Below are positions 29,027 to 39,807 of a stretch of DNA of 49,038 nt, piece after piece. Under the pieces are notes generated by a model. That model did no database searches, was not told the DNA's origin, and worked only from the letters and a program-made list of their open reading frames with translations. A program made the translations under genes and the position numbers. Numbering within the stretch: position 1 is the first letter of the stretch; the number at the start of each line of letters is the position of its first letter. Origin of the DNA: Prevotella sp. (GTDB lineage: Bacteria > Bacteroidota > Bacteroidia > Bacteroidales > Bacteroidaceae); NCBI GenBank assembly GCA_016284895.1, contig JAEEPT010000001.1, positions 1 through 49,038 of the forward strand. The letters are read 5' to 3'.

Positions 29027-30547
29027 ATGGCAAAGAAAGCATTACTCATGATTCTCGATGGATGGGGAATCGGAGAGCACGGCAAGGGCGACGTGATCTA
29101 TAATACGCCTACTCCTTATCTTGATTATTTGACAGCCGTTTCGGCTCACTCACAACTGCAGGCAAGCGGCGAGGATGTCGGTCTTCCTGACGGACAGATG
29201 GGCAACTCAGAGGTGGGCCACCTGAACATTGGTGCCGGCCGCATCGTCTATCAGGATTTGGTAAAAATCAATCGCGCCTGCAAGGACGGTTCCATCATGG
29301 AGAATCCGCAAGTGAAGGCTGCCTACACCTATGCCAAGGAGAAAGGTAAGAAGCTGCACCTGATGGGCCTGTGCTCAGACGGCGGTGTTCACTCCAGCTT
29401 GGATCATCTGTTCAAACTCATTGAGGTGGGCAAGGCATACGGTCTGAAGAACCAAACGTTCGTACACTGTTTCATGGACGGTCGCGACACCGATCCCCGC
29501 TCGGGCAAGGGCTTCATTGAGCAGGTGACCGATGTGTGCACCAAGAACGATGCCGCCATCGCCTCAATCGTGGGCCGCTTCTACGCAATGGACCGCGACA
29601 AGCGCTGGGAACGTGTGAAAGAGGGTTACGACCTCATCGTGAACGGAACTGGCAAACAAGCTACCGATATGGTGAAAGCCATGCAGGAGAGCTATGACGA
29701 AGGCGTGACCGACGAGTTCATCAAGCCCATCCACAACAGCAGTGTAAACGGTTGTATCGAAGAAGGTGACGTGGTCATCTTCATCAACTTCCGCAACGAC
29801 CGCGCCAAGGAGCTCACCATTGCGCTCACCCAGCAGGACATGCCTGAAGCTGGCATGAAGACCATTCCTGGCTTGCAGTACTACTGCATGACACCCTACG
29901 ATGCAAACTTCCAAGGCGTTCATATTCTTTTCCCCAAGGAGAATGTAGAAAATACGCTTGGCGAGTATCTCTCACAGCAGGGTAAGAAACAGCTGCACAC
30001 TGCCGAAACGGAGAAATATGCTCATGTAACATTCTTCTTCAATGGTGGCCGCGAAGCGCCCTATCAGAATGAGGATCGCATTCTCGTAGCATCGCCAAAG
30101 GTGGCCACCTACGACCTGAAGCCCGAGATGAGTGCCTACGAAGTGAAGGACAAACTTGTGGCAGCCATCGGTACACAGCAGTACGACTTCATCGTTGTGA
30201 ACTTCGCCAACGGTGACATGGTAGGTCATACAGGCGTCTATAATGCCATTGCCAAGGCTGTGCATGCCGTTGACAATTGCGTGCGCGAAGTAATTGAGAC
30301 TGCCAAGGCCAATGACTACGAGGCTATCATCATTGCCGACCACGGTAATGCCGACAATGCCATCAATGCCGACGGCACGCCCAACACCGCTCATTCTCTG
30401 AATCCCGTTCCCTTTATCTACGTGACCAACAACAACTCGGCCACCGTAAAGGACGGTCGATTGGCCGACGTGGCTCCCTCCATCCTGCACATCATGGGCC
30501 TGGAACAGCCAAAGGACATGACAGGCGAGTGCCTCATCTGCGATTAA
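29027..30547 (+). CDS. gpmI: 2,3-bisphosphoglycerate-independent phosphoglycerate mutase
   Basis: [36 protein letters not shown]. Confidence 0.98.
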   Translation: MAKKALLMILDGWGIGEHGKGDVIYNTPTPYLDYLTAVSAHSQLQASGEDVGLPDGQMGNSEVGHLNIGAGRIVYQDLVKINRACKDGSIMENPQVKAAYTYAKEKGKKLHLMGLCSDGGVHSSLDHLFKLIEVGKAYGLKNQTFVHCFMDGRDTDPRSGKGFIEQVTDVCTKNDAAIASIVGRFYAMDRDKRWERVKEGYDLIVNGTGKQATDMVKAMQESYDEGVTDEFIKPIHNSSVNGCIEEGDVVIFINFRNDRAKELTIALTQQDMPEAGMKTIPGLQYYCMTPYDANFQGVHILFPKENVENTLGEYLSQQGKKQLHTAETEKYAHVTFFFNGGREAPYQNEDRILVASPKVATYDLKPEMSAYEVKDKLVAAIGTQQYDFIVVNFANGDMVGHTGVYNAIAKAVHAVDNCVREVIETAKANDYEAIIIADHGNADNAINADGTPNTAHSLNPVPFIYVTNNNSATVKDGRLADVAPSILHIMGLEQPKDMTGECLICD

Positions 30548-30615
30548 GCAGATGGGCACCGGTTGTTGAGATGAATCAGTTTTTTCTTTGACCACCCCAA
30601 AAACTACAAATAAGA

Positions 30616-31656
30616 ATGGATTATATCGATAACAACGATAGCAATTTCAAGACCTATCTCTATGCAGCTACTGCAGCTGTATCCATATCAGGCCTGTATG
30701 TAGCCTACCTCTACATCACTAAGGGCATGGACATAGGCTTCGATATCGAGTGGAAGTTCTGGAACTCAACAGTACTCTGGCCGATATTGAGCTTCATCGG
30801 TTTTTTTCTGCAGTTCATTGACTGGCAGCACACCTCATTCGACGAAGGTTGGGTGGTCAAAGATAGCTGGGGCAACGAGAAGTTCGTGAAAAACAATGAC
30901 ATCATGAGTGTGCTGTTTGGCAACTGTATATTCCCACTGCTTATGCACTTTCTCATCATCCCCGGATTCTACGGTGCCCTGCTCTACTATGTCATCATGA
31001 TTCCTCTGGGACTGGTCAACGCCATCATACCCTACCTGGCCATTGCGGTCAGCATCGCAAGTCCTTTCGTGTTCTATAAGATGTCGGAAAACTACGAGAC
31101 GCGCAATAAGTCGCTGGCATGGCTGGCCGGATCGATGGCATTTAGCCTGCTGATACTATGGCTCATCTCGCTGCCTACGACAGAGAAATTTGCTTCCAGC
31201 AATAGCAGCTCTGATGTCAATATTGAACAACCCACCTATAGCTACATAGGTGTCACTACGGTGAAAGCAAAGACAGCCAACCTGCGCACTGGTCCTGGAA
31301 CCAGCTACGATTACTTCAAGGATAGCAACGGGAAAAAGATACAGGTGAACAGAGGTGACAAACTGTATGTGTACGAGGTTGACGGCGACTGGTTCAAGAT
31401 CGAGATGTCGGGCAACGAATTTGCTTACATCAAGAAGTCACTCTGTGAGGAACTCTCCTCGTCACAGTCACAAGAAGAAATAGAGGATCCTGGCTTCGAC
31501 AACGCTGAGATTGAAGCTGCCGGGAAGACTTTTGCCGAGCAGCAGGCCGCCACTGAAGTAGAGACGCAAGCCGCTAATGCTGAGCAGCAGAATGACTCAA
31601 CAATGGAACATCAGCCCGAGTCATCGTTGCCAGCAAACGAAACCGCTATCGAATAA
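30616..31656 (+). CDS. Multi-pass membrane protein with SH3b domain and acidic disordered tail
   Basis: About 5 hydrophobic segments, then ANLRTGPGTSY...DWFKI...FAYI (SH3_3-like). Confidence 0.75.
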   Translation: MDYIDNNDSNFKTYLYAATAAVSISGLYVAYLYITKGMDIGFDIEWKFWNSTVLWPILSFIGFFLQFIDWQHTSFDEGWVVKDSWGNEKFVKNNDIMSVLFGNCIFPLLMHFLIIPGFYGALLYYVIMIPLGLVNAIIPYLAIAVSIASPFVFYKMSENYETRNKSLAWLAGSMAFSLLILWLISLPTTEKFASSNSSSDVNIEQPTYSYIGVTTVKAKTANLRTGPGTSYDYFKDSNGKKIQVNRGDKLYVYEVDGDWFKIEMSGNEFAYIKKSLCEELSSSQSQEEIEDPGFDNAEIEAAGKTFAEQQAATEVETQAANAEQQNDSTMEHQPESSLPANETAIE

Positions 31657-31673
31657 GCGCAATCATTACTATA

Positions 31674-33029
31674 CTATTCCTCCATTTCTTCATCGAGCCG
31701 ATTGCTCCACAGATATTTATTGGTCTCACGTGCTGCCACACCGCTCAGCAGGAGCAGAGCCACAAGGTTGGGAATGGCCATGAGAGCATTCATGAAGTCG
31801 GCGATGTTCCAAATGATGTCAAGGCTGATAATGCTTCCAAAGAACAGGAAAACGATGTAGAGAATGCGATAGAACCGGTTAGACTTGCGCCGCTCAATAT
31901 AGTTCACGGCACTCTCGCCATAGTAGCTCCATCCCAGGATGGTACTGAAGGCGAACGTCAGGATGCCGAACGTGAGCAGTGGAGCACCGATATAGGGAAT
32001 CTTTGAGAAGGCCACCTTCGTGAGGGCGGCACCATCGGCATAGGAAATGTCGGGATAGGCCAGGATGCTACTCACGAGCACCAGTCCTGTCAGCGCACAG
32101 ATGACGACCGTATCCCAGAACGTTCCAGTGCTACTGACCAATGCCTGTCTGACAGGATTACGTGTCTGTGCTGCCGCAGCCACAATAGGTGCAGAACCCA
32201 TTCCGCTCTCATTGGAAAAAAGTCCGCGGGCTATACCATAGCGGGCTGCCATCATCACCGTAGCTCCCACGAAACCTCCACCAGCTGCCGATGGGTTGAA
32301 GGCAGCATGTATGATTAGTTTTATTGCTGGCCATACATAGGCTTCGTTCATAATGAGGATAACCACGCAGCCCAGCACATAGAGCACAGCCATGAACGGC
32401 ACGAGCACGGTGCACACTCGTGCAATGGCTTTCACGCCGCCCAGAATGACAGCTGCCGTAAGCGTGCATACCATGATACCGATTATCCATGTGGGGATGC
32501 CAAAGGTCTCATTTGCCAACAGCGCGATGGAGTTGGCCTGTACCGTGCAGCCGATGCCAAATGATGCCAGAGCCGTGAATACGGCAAAGAGTGCAGCCAT
32601 CCACTTCATGCCCAACCCTCGTTCCAACGCATACATAGGACCACCGTAGGTTCGCCCGTCTTTATCCCTCACGCGATATTTTACAGCCAACAAGGCTTCG
32701 GCATATTTCGTTGACATGCCGAAGATACCCGTCAACCAGCACCATAGCACTGCCCCTGGCCCGCCCAGGGCTACTGCCGTAGCCACACCCACGATATTGC
32801 CAGTACCGATGGTTGCGGCCAATGCTGTAGCAAGTGCGCCAAACTGGCTCACATCGCCTTGAGCTTTGTCATCTTTCTGCACAGAAAGACGAATGCCCGT
32901 TAACAATTTACGTTGAGGAATACGGAGACGGAAGGTCAGGAAGATGTGGGTTCCCAGAAGCAGAATAATCATTGGCCAGTCCCAAAGAAACGAACTGAGT
33001 AGGGAAAATAAATCGTTGATGGTCTCCAT
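31674..33029 (-). CDS. Alanine/glycine:cation symporter (AGCS family)
   Basis: IGTGNIVGVA, GGPGA, GGPMY, RGLFSNESGMGS, MAIPNL. Confidence 0.95.
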   Translation of the reverse strand: METINDLFSLLSSFLWDWPMIILLLGTHIFLTFRLRIPQRKLLTGIRLSVQKDDKAQGDVSQFGALATALAATIGTGNIVGVATAVALGGPGAVLWCWLTGIFGMSTKYAEALLAVKYRVRDKDGRTYGGPMYALERGLGMKWMAALFAVFTALASFGIGCTVQANSIALLANETFGIPTWIIGIMVCTLTAAVILGGVKAIARVCTVLVPFMAVLYVLGCVVILIMNEAYVWPAIKLIIHAAFNPSAAGGGFVGATVMMAARYGIARGLFSNESGMGSAPIVAAAAQTRNPVRQALVSSTGTFWDTVVICALTGLVLVSSILAYPDISYADGAALTKVAFSKIPYIGAPLLTFGILTFAFSTILGWSYYGESAVNYIERRKSNRFYRILYIVFLFFGSIISLDIIWNIADFMNALMAIPNLVALLLLSGVAARETNKYLWSNRLDEEMEE

Positions 33030-33049
33030 GTTTGCTTAGTTTTATGGTG

Positions 33050-33087
33050 CAAAGATAGAAAGTTTTTGGGAATTATTCGTATCTTTG
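33050..33087. promoter_or_regulatory. Back-to-back divergent -7 elements for the symporter and ung
   Basis: TATCTTTG on - strand (33057..33050) and on + strand (33080..33087). Confidence 0.7.
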
Positions 33088-33107
33088 CAAGCAAAACCCG
33101 ACATATC

Positions 33108-33779
33108 ATGGCTATAAACGTACAGATAGAGCCCTCATGGAAAGAACAGCTGCAGGGGGAGTTCGACAAGCCTTACTTTCATCAACTCACCGACAACGTG
33201 CGACGTGAGTACAGCACCGGAGCCTGCTACCCCCCAGGTCAGCTCATCTTCAATGCTTTCAACCTGTGTCCTTTTGACAAGGTGAAAGTGGTCATCATCG
33301 GACAGGATCCCTATCACGAGCCCGGACAGGCTCACGGACTGAGTTTCTCAGTACTTGACGGTGTAACATTTCCTCCCTCCCTACAGAACATCTTTAAAGA
33401 GATACACGACGACCTCGGCACAGCCATCCCCCAGAGCGGTGACTTGAGCCGCTGGGCGCGACAGGGAGTGTTGCTGCTCAACGCGACCCTCACCGTGCGG
33501 GCTCATCAAGCCAACAGCCACGCCACACTGGGGTGGCAGTATTTCACCGATGCAGCCATCAAGGCGCTGGCCACTCATCGTGAGCACATCGTTTACATGC
33601 TGTGGGGCGGCTATGCTCGCTCCAAGAGCTACATGATTGACCGACAACGCAACCTCGTTCTGGAGTCGGTGCATCCCTCCCCCCTCTCGGCCAATCGCGG
33701 CGGTTGGTTTGGACAACATCAGTTCTCACGTGCGAACAATTATCTCATTAATCAGGGCCAACAGCCCATCAACTGGTAA
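33108..33779 (+). CDS. ung: Uracil-DNA glycosylase (family 1)
   Basis: GQDPYH, GVLLLN, HPSPLS; ATG at 33108. Confidence 0.97.
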   Translation: MAINVQIEPSWKEQLQGEFDKPYFHQLTDNVRREYSTGACYPPGQLIFNAFNLCPFDKVKVVIIGQDPYHEPGQAHGLSFSVLDGVTFPPSLQNIFKEIHDDLGTAIPQSGDLSRWARQGVLLLNATLTVRAHQANSHATLGWQYFTDAAIKALATHREHIVYMLWGGYARSKSYMIDRQRNLVLESVHPSPLSANRGGWFGQHQFSRANNYLINQGQQPINW

Positions 33780-33814
33780 ACACCCACTTTTTAACTCTTC
33801 ACTATTCACCACCC

Positions 33815-34441
33815 ATGCTTCCCCCTATCTTACAAATCGGTGACATTCTCATCTCGTCTGACATTCTGACCGAGCGCTTCTGTTGTGACCTTGCTGCCTG
33901 CAAAGGCCAGTGCTGCATAGAAGGTGATGCCGGAGCCCCTGTCACACTGGATGAGATAGCCGAAATTGAGGATGCTCTCGACGAGGTATGGAGCGACATG
34001 AGCGCTTCAGCCCAAGCCGTTGTCGATCAACAAGGGGTGGCCTATACCGATGAAGAAGGTGATCTGGTGACCAGCATCGTAGGTGGGAAAAACTGCGTTT
34101 TCACTTATTATGACGATATAGAAGACTTCACCACGAAACAGCCCATTCACGACTGCTGTCTCTGTGCACTAGAGAAAGCTTTCAGAAATGGCCACTCTTC
34201 CTTCTGCAAGCCCATCAGCTGTGCCCTCTACCCCATTCGTGTGAAGACGTTCAGCGATGGAACCATAGCTTTGAACTACCACAAATGGAACGTTTGCAAG
34301 GATGCGGTGAAGAAAGGACTGGAGCTCGACCTCCCCGTCTATCGTTTCTTAGAAGGGCCGCTTGTCCGCCGTTTCGGGCAAGAATGGTACAACGAGCTTT
34401 GTACTGTTGCCAAAGAACTGAAAGCTCAAGGCTACATCTAA
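33815..34441 (+). CDS. DUF3109 family Cys-rich protein
   Basis: FCCDLAACKGQCCIEGDAGAP, KPISCALYPIR. Confidence 0.9.
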   Translation: MLPPILQIGDILISSDILTERFCCDLAACKGQCCIEGDAGAPVTLDEIAEIEDALDEVWSDMSASAQAVVDQQGVAYTDEEGDLVTSIVGGKNCVFTYYDDIEDFTTKQPIHDCCLCALEKAFRNGHSSFCKPISCALYPIRVKTFSDGTIALNYHKWNVCKDAVKKGLELDLPVYRFLEGPLVRRFGQEWYNELCTVAKELKAQGYI

Positions 34442-34442
34442 C

Positions 34443-34484
34443 CTATCATCTTTCATCTATCATCTTTCATCTATCATCTCTCAC
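34443..34484. repeat. 7-bp tandem repeat alternating CTATCAT/CTTTCAT (6 units)
   Basis: Read directly; fills the DUF3109-anSME spacer. Confidence 0.85.
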
Positions 34485-34492
34485 CTCTATTA

Positions 34493-35659
34493 ATGTCCAC
34501 CATCGCCCCTTTTGGCCATCCTTTCTACGTGATGGCGAAGCCTGTAGGCAGCAGTTGCAACCTGAGTTGCAGCTATTGCTATTATTTATCGAAGGAGAAA
34601 GGCCGCATGAGCGATGCGCTACTGGAAGAGTTCATCCGGCAAAACACAGAGGCCCAGACACAACCTGAGATTCTTTTCACCTGGCATGGCGGTGAGCCTC
34701 TACTTCTACCTCTTATATATTACGCGCGCGCATTAGAGTTGCAACAGAAATATGCCCACGGACGACACATCGACAACTGTCTGCAAACCAATGGCACACT
34801 GCTCAACGATGAGTGGTGCCAATTCTTTCGGGAGCACAACTTCCTGATTGGCATCAGTATTGACGGCCCCGAGCCAATGCATAACACCTTCCGACAGGAC
34901 TTCGAGCACACACTACGCGGCATCCGGCTCCTGCAGAAGCATGGCGTGGAATGGAATGCGATGGCGACGGTAAACAGTCGGAATGCTGACAACCCCATCG
35001 AATTCTATCATTTTTTCAAGGACTTAGGATGTAAATACCTGCAGTTCACCCCTGTTGTGGAACGAACGAATCCACAACAGGCATTGGAATCAGTAGCTAT
35101 GAATTCGGAGGGATGGGCCAAAAACGCTTCGATTACCACCGAATCGGTGGAACCGATGCAATGGGGACGATTCCTCACAGGTCTTTACGATGAATGGATA
35201 AAGGAAGATGTGGGTAGCATATTCGTACAGTTGTTCGATGCCACACTGGCCAATTGGGTAGGCCAACCACCCGGTCTATGCTCCATGTCGGCCCTCTGCG
35301 GTCTGTCGCCAGCGTTGCAGCCCGATGGTTCGCTTTACAGTTGCGACCACTTCGTCTTCCCATCCTACAAGTTAGGCAACATTCACCATCAGACCATTGC
35401 CGAGATGATGTACGGTCAACAACAGCAACGCTTCATGCGAACAAAAGTTGACAGTCTGAGTCAACGTTGTCGAGAATGTGACTATCTGTTTGCGTGCCAC
35501 GGAGAATGTCCCCGCAATCGTTTCCTAAGCGGAAACGAGAATTATCTTTGCGAAGGCTATCGGATGTTCTTCCGTCATGTATCTCCCACCATGAACTTCA
35601 TGGCTCAGGAACTGGCAGCCGGACGAGCCCCGTCCAACGTCATGAGAATGAGCAGATAA
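34493..35659 (+). CDS. Anaerobic sulfatase-maturating radical SAM/SPASM enzyme (anSME/ChuR-like)
   Basis: AKP..CNLSCSYC, WHGGEP, QTNG, YSCDHFV, CRECDYLFACHGECPRNRF. Confidence 0.9.
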   Translation: MSTIAPFGHPFYVMAKPVGSSCNLSCSYCYYLSKEKGRMSDALLEEFIRQNTEAQTQPEILFTWHGGEPLLLPLIYYARALELQQKYAHGRHIDNCLQTNGTLLNDEWCQFFREHNFLIGISIDGPEPMHNTFRQDFEHTLRGIRLLQKHGVEWNAMATVNSRNADNPIEFYHFFKDLGCKYLQFTPVVERTNPQQALESVAMNSEGWAKNASITTESVEPMQWGRFLTGLYDEWIKEDVGSIFVQLFDATLANWVGQPPGLCSMSALCGLSPALQPDGSLYSCDHFVFPSYKLGNIHHQTIAEMMYGQQQQRFMRTKVDSLSQRCRECDYLFACHGECPRNRFLSGNENYLCEGYRMFFRHVSPTMNFMAQELAAGRAPSNVMRMSR

Positions 35660-35692
35660 AACAATCGTAAAGAGGATAGTGCGACAAAGATG

Positions 35693-36364
35693 TCACTTGA
35701 TTGACAGACACTTCGTCTGTTTGCCATCATACGTATTCACGGTGAGACAAATACTGTCAACAGGCAGTTTCTCCAGAGGCAGACTAAAGAATGTGTTCAC
35801 GGAGTAGTGCTCTGGCATACCACCTTGATCGTGATACAGTCGCATATACACTACTGTTGTTTTATCTTTATTCAGATGTACCGAGTCAAGCACCAGTCCC
35901 AAGCTATGCATGGCGTTCTCATCGGTTGCCGATCCCGTCTTCAGGTAGATGCTGGCGTTCAAGTACTGTTTATTTTTACTCACCCAAATGCTCTCAAGTT
36001 TCAGCGGATCGGTCTTCACCTCCACCTTTCGTTTCTTCAGCGTGTCGGCAATGATGATGCCTATCTCGCTGATTTGTGATATGCTGACCACTTCGATGGA
36101 ACTGCCGTTTTTCTTATAGTAGAACATACTGCGATAGAGCGCGTCAGCCTTGTCCACCCACGTCTTTGCCAAGGGTTCTGCCAAATACAACCGCTCACCA
36201 TTGTCCAGGTCGGCATAGTCAATCTTTTTATCATTGTTGGCATGCACCATGGCGAAGTCTCCCTGCATAGAAGAATAATCGCCCTCACCTTTTTCGTAAT
36301 AGTCGATTGTGCAGGCAGTGAATGCCGCCAGGCAACAAAGTGCAGTGAGCAGTTTCCTTATCAT
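35693..36364 (-). CDS. NigD-like lipoprotein
   Basis: Lipobox FTA-C; TDPLKLESIW and LYHDQGG motifs. Confidence 0.7.
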   Translation of the reverse strand: MIRKLLTALCCLAAFTACTIDYYEKGEGDYSSMQGDFAMVHANNDKKIDYADLDNGERLYLAEPLAKTWVDKADALYRSMFYYKKNGSSIEVVSISQISEIGIIIADTLKKRKVEVKTDPLKLESIWVSKNKQYLNASIYLKTGSATDENAMHSLGLVLDSVHLNKDKTTVVYMRLYHDQGGMPEHYSVNTFFSLPLEKLPVDSICLTVNTYDGKQTKCLSIK

Positions 36365-36365
36365 C

Positions 36366-37562
36366 TTATTTCGTTTTCAGGTAGTTCCTTAACGGGTTCA
36401 CATACATTGTGATCAGCATCTCGCGGAGGAAAGGTTCATCCTTGTCAGGTATATCCACCTTATCCATTTGCTGCTTCAGATACTGGTCGAAGCGTTCTTT
36501 GTCGGCTTGGGTGTAGTGAACGGCATGATCGTTGCTGCCGTTCAGCTCGTCGAGTGCAACGTAGTTGTTTGGGAAGATGCGATAACCCGCATGAATCTCC
36601 TTGTCAATGCGCTGGCTGAGGGCAGCATAGAACTCAGTTCGCGGCAGTCCGGCCAGTTCGTCAATCCATTCGTTCACCGGTCGTCCGCAGTGGTAGTGCA
36701 CGTGTCCTTTATACCCGAAGATGCCCGTCTTCATATTGTCCAAATCGTCTTGTCGGGTCTTTTTGAACTGAGGATTGTCGCGTTTCATATGGAACTCCCG
36801 TGCCTTCAGGTAATCGCAGGGGTCATATTCATAGCTGATGGTGAGCGGCACGATATTGAGTTCGCGCAGAGATTTGATGACATCCGAAACGTCGGTGCTA
36901 TTGCCTTCAGTTGGGAGTCCCCCCATAGTCAGCATCTTCAGCACCGATTCCTGTGTGCGGTCATCCGAGTCCTTGGCGCGTCCTTCACGCTGGGCTATCC
37001 AGATGTTCTCCTGCTTCTGTGTGACGGCATAGTGAATATATCGGCTCATGAGCTGGCTGGAGCGGAGCATCTCCTTGGGAGAGAGGCCGCGCCTGACGGT
37101 GAATGCCTTGTTCATGCGCACCAACCGTTTGATCCACGGATAGATGAGCAGGTTGTCACCGATGCCTATCTCTACAGTTGTTGGGTGTCCTGCCTCCACC
37201 AGTTTCACATCGAGCAGTGCCGAGTCGAGTACGATGTCGCGGTGGTTGGACAAGAAGGTGTAACGCTGTTGTGTGTCGAGTGTCCCTGTTTTGCTTCTTA
37301 GCGTCTGGTCGTCGAACGTACATCCGTCAGTGTGTTTTCTGATGATGTATTTGACGATAGGGCGCATGAATCGCATCTGGAAGTCGAGTGGTGTCTTCAC
37401 ACCCATAAAGGCCAGATGAAACAGCCCGTTGCGGAGGCTTTTCGGCAACCATGGGGCAAAGCCCTTCATGATTGCATTAAACTGCCGGTCAGCCAACAGT
37501 TCCCCAAAAGCCTGTTTCATTTCCTGCGCCTCGTATGGACGAATCTCGTCGAATTCGTTCAT
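36366..37562 (-). CDS. Glycerol-phosphate/lysophospholipid acyltransferase
   Basis: SNHRDIVLD, WIAQREGRAKD, SYEYDPCD; ATG at 37562. Confidence 0.9.
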   Translation of the reverse strand: MNEFDEIRPYEAQEMKQAFGELLADRQFNAIMKGFAPWLPKSLRNGLFHLAFMGVKTPLDFQMRFMRPIVKYIIRKHTDGCTFDDQTLRSKTGTLDTQQRYTFLSNHRDIVLDSALLDVKLVEAGHPTTVEIGIGDNLLIYPWIKRLVRMNKAFTVRRGLSPKEMLRSSQLMSRYIHYAVTQKQENIWIAQREGRAKDSDDRTQESVLKMLTMGGLPTEGNSTDVSDVIKSLRELNIVPLTISYEYDPCDYLKAREFHMKRDNPQFKKTRQDDLDNMKTGIFGYKGHVHYHCGRPVNEWIDELAGLPRTEFYAALSQRIDKEIHAGYRIFPNNYVALDELNGSNDHAVHYTQADKERFDQYLKQQMDKVDIPDKDEPFLREMLITMYVNPLRNYLKTK

Positions 37563-37617
37563 AGAGACACTCTTTCCATTAGCAGATGAATCACAACTAT
37601 TCACTGTAAACAATACA

Positions 37618-38607
37618 CTAAAATTGGTTCTCGATGATATCTGTCAACACGTCGCCCATGTTAAGGCCGGCTGCTTTCACCTGCTGAGGTATGAAGCTGG
37701 TGGCAGTCATGCCTGGAGTAGTATTGATTTCGAGCATGGTGATGTCGCCTTGTGGAGAGATGATATAGTCGATGCGGATGATGCCTCTGCAGTGCAGGAT
37801 GTCGTAGATGGCAGAGGTCAGTTTCTGTGCACGCTCCGACAGTTCAGGCGATATGCGGGCGGGAGTGATTTCTTCCACCTGTCCGTTATACTTGGCATCG
37901 TAGTCGAAGAACTCATTCTTCGTCACCACCTCCGTGACAGGGAACACCACTTCCTTTTCCTTTGTCTTGTAGCATCCCACGGTGATCTCGGTGCCTTCCA
38001 AGAACGATTCCACCATCACCTCGTCGCTCTCCATCATCGCCACACGCAAGGCTGCAGCCAGCTGGTCGGGCTTCTTCACCTTCGACACGCCAAACGATGA
38101 GCCATCGTTGGCCGGCTTCACAAAGCAGGGCATGCCCACGGTATCGATGATTTTCTTCTTGTCGATCACACTTTCCTGTCCGCGACGCACCAGCACGCTC
38201 TCGGCCACTCTCACGCCGTAGCCGCGCAGATACTGGTTGAGCACGAACTTATTGAAGGTCATAGCCTCCACCAGCACGTCGCTCGTTGAGTAGGGAATGC
38301 CCACCAGGTCGAAGTAGCCCTGCATGATACCGTTCTCGCCGGGGGTACCGTGAATGGTGATGTAGGCATAGTCGAAGAAGCAGGTCTTTCCGTCGGCCTT
38401 ATACGAGAAGTCGTTCATATTGACGCGCGAGGTTGTCCCGTCAGGCAATTCCACCTGCCAGTTCGTACCTTTTACATCTACAATAAAGGCATTGTAGCGC
38501 TCTTTGTCAATAAACGAATAGATGCCTTGTGCAGAGCGCAGCGATACGTCGTGCTCTGATGAGTCGCCACCACAAACGATGGCAATGTTTCTTTTCTGTT
38601 GTTTCAT
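37618..38607 (-). CDS. ddl: D-alanine--D-alanine ligase
   Basis: GGDSSEHDVSL, HGTPGENG, GSSFG, FFDYDAKY (Tyr, D-Ala-D-Ala type), EINTTPG; ATG at 38607. Confidence 0.97.
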   Translation of the reverse strand: MKQQKRNIAIVCGGDSSEHDVSLRSAQGIYSFIDKERYNAFIVDVKGTNWQVELPDGTTSRVNMNDFSYKADGKTCFFDYAYITIHGTPGENGIMQGYFDLVGIPYSTSDVLVEAMTFNKFVLNQYLRGYGVRVAESVLVRRGQESVIDKKKIIDTVGMPCFVKPANDGSSFGVSKVKKPDQLAAALRVAMMESDEVMVESFLEGTEITVGCYKTKEKEVVFPVTEVVTKNEFFDYDAKYNGQVEEITPARISPELSERAQKLTSAIYDILHCRGIIRIDYIISPQGDITMLEINTTPGMTATSFIPQQVKAAGLNMGDVLTDIIENQF

Positions 38608-38658
38608 AACGATTATATGATTTTTTTCTTGTTCTAAGACTAATGGGGCTCGCAATAG

Positions 38659-39771
38659 CTATGAGCCTTGGAGGCGCTTGCGCCACTTCTCTATGACGGC
38701 CAGCATGTCACTGGGTAGGTCGCTCGTAAAGTCCATCTGTTCACCCGTCACAGGATGCTTGAAGCCCAGTGTGCGGGCGTGCAGCATCTGTCGCGGACAC
38801 AGTTTGAAGCAGTTCTGGATATAGGCTTTATAGCTGGCTGTGCGCTCGCCTCGCAGAATTTCGCAGCCTCCGTAGCGCTCGTCGGCGAAGAGCGGATGGC
38901 CGATGTGCTTCATGTGGGCACGTATCTGATGAGTGCGCCCTGTCTCCAGTCGGCACTCCACGAGGGTGGTATATCCGTAGCGTTCGAGCACACGATAGTG
39001 GGTGATGGCTGGCTTGCCCGTGTCGGAGTCGGGCGGAAAGACGTCCATGCGCAAACGGTCTCTCACGTCGCGCCCTATATTGCCTTCTATACGTCCCTCG
39101 TCCTCCACAAAGTTGCCCCATACCAATGCCACATAGCTGCGGTGCGTCTCATGATGGAAGAACTGTTTGCCCAGCGACGTCTTAGCTTCTGGAGTCTTTG
39201 CCACAACGAGCAGTCCGCTTGTGTCCTTGTCGATGCGATGGACGAGTCCCACCTGCGGGTCATTGGGATCGTACGACGGCAAATTGCGCAGATGCCAGGC
39301 GATGGCATGCACCAGTGTGCCGTGGAAGTTGCCGCAGCCTGGATGTACCACCATGCCTGCCGGCTTATAGATGACCATCAGCGCATCGTCTTCATAGCGC
39401 ACATCGAGTGGGATATCCTCGGGCTCAATGGTAGTGTCGAAGTGCGGACGGTCGAGCATCAGTGTGATCACGTCGCCCGGTCGCACCTTGTAGTTGCTCT
39501 TCACGGGCTTGGCGGGCAGTCCGCGCCGCTGTTCTTCGGCAGTGCACACGTGTATGAATCCTGCATCGGCAGCCGCCTGTATGCGGTTACGCGTCTGGTG
39601 CTGCATGTGCTCCGACAGATACTTATCTATGCGCAGTGGCACCTGACCGTGGTCCACCTCCAACCGGAAGTGCTCATAGAGCTGTCCGTCAGGAGCCAGA
39701 TCGCCTGCGGTGTCCTGCAGTTCCGGATCGTCCAGCATATCCATGTCGTCTCTCAGTTCGTCGACCGTCAT
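38659..39771 (-). CDS. RluA/RluD-family pseudouridine synthase with S4 domain
   Basis: KPAGMVVHP, HRIDKDTSG, ETGRTHQIR. Confidence 0.95.
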   Translation of the reverse strand: MTVDELRDDMDMLDDPELQDTAGDLAPDGQLYEHFRLEVDHGQVPLRIDKYLSEHMQHQTRNRIQAAADAGFIHVCTAEEQRRGLPAKPVKSNYKVRPGDVITLMLDRPHFDTTIEPEDIPLDVRYEDDALMVIYKPAGMVVHPGCGNFHGTLVHAIAWHLRNLPSYDPNDPQVGLVHRIDKDTSGLLVVAKTPEAKTSLGKQFFHHETHRSYVALVWGNFVEDEGRIEGNIGRDVRDRLRMDVFPPDSDTGKPAITHYRVLERYGYTTLVECRLETGRTHQIRAHMKHIGHPLFADERYGGCEILRGERTASYKAYIQNCFKLCPRQMLHARTLGFKHPVTGEQMDFTSDLPSDMLAVIEKWRKRLQGS

Positions 39772-39807
39772 AACGCACGTCCTCTCATCCTTGTTTTATA
39801 TAATAAG

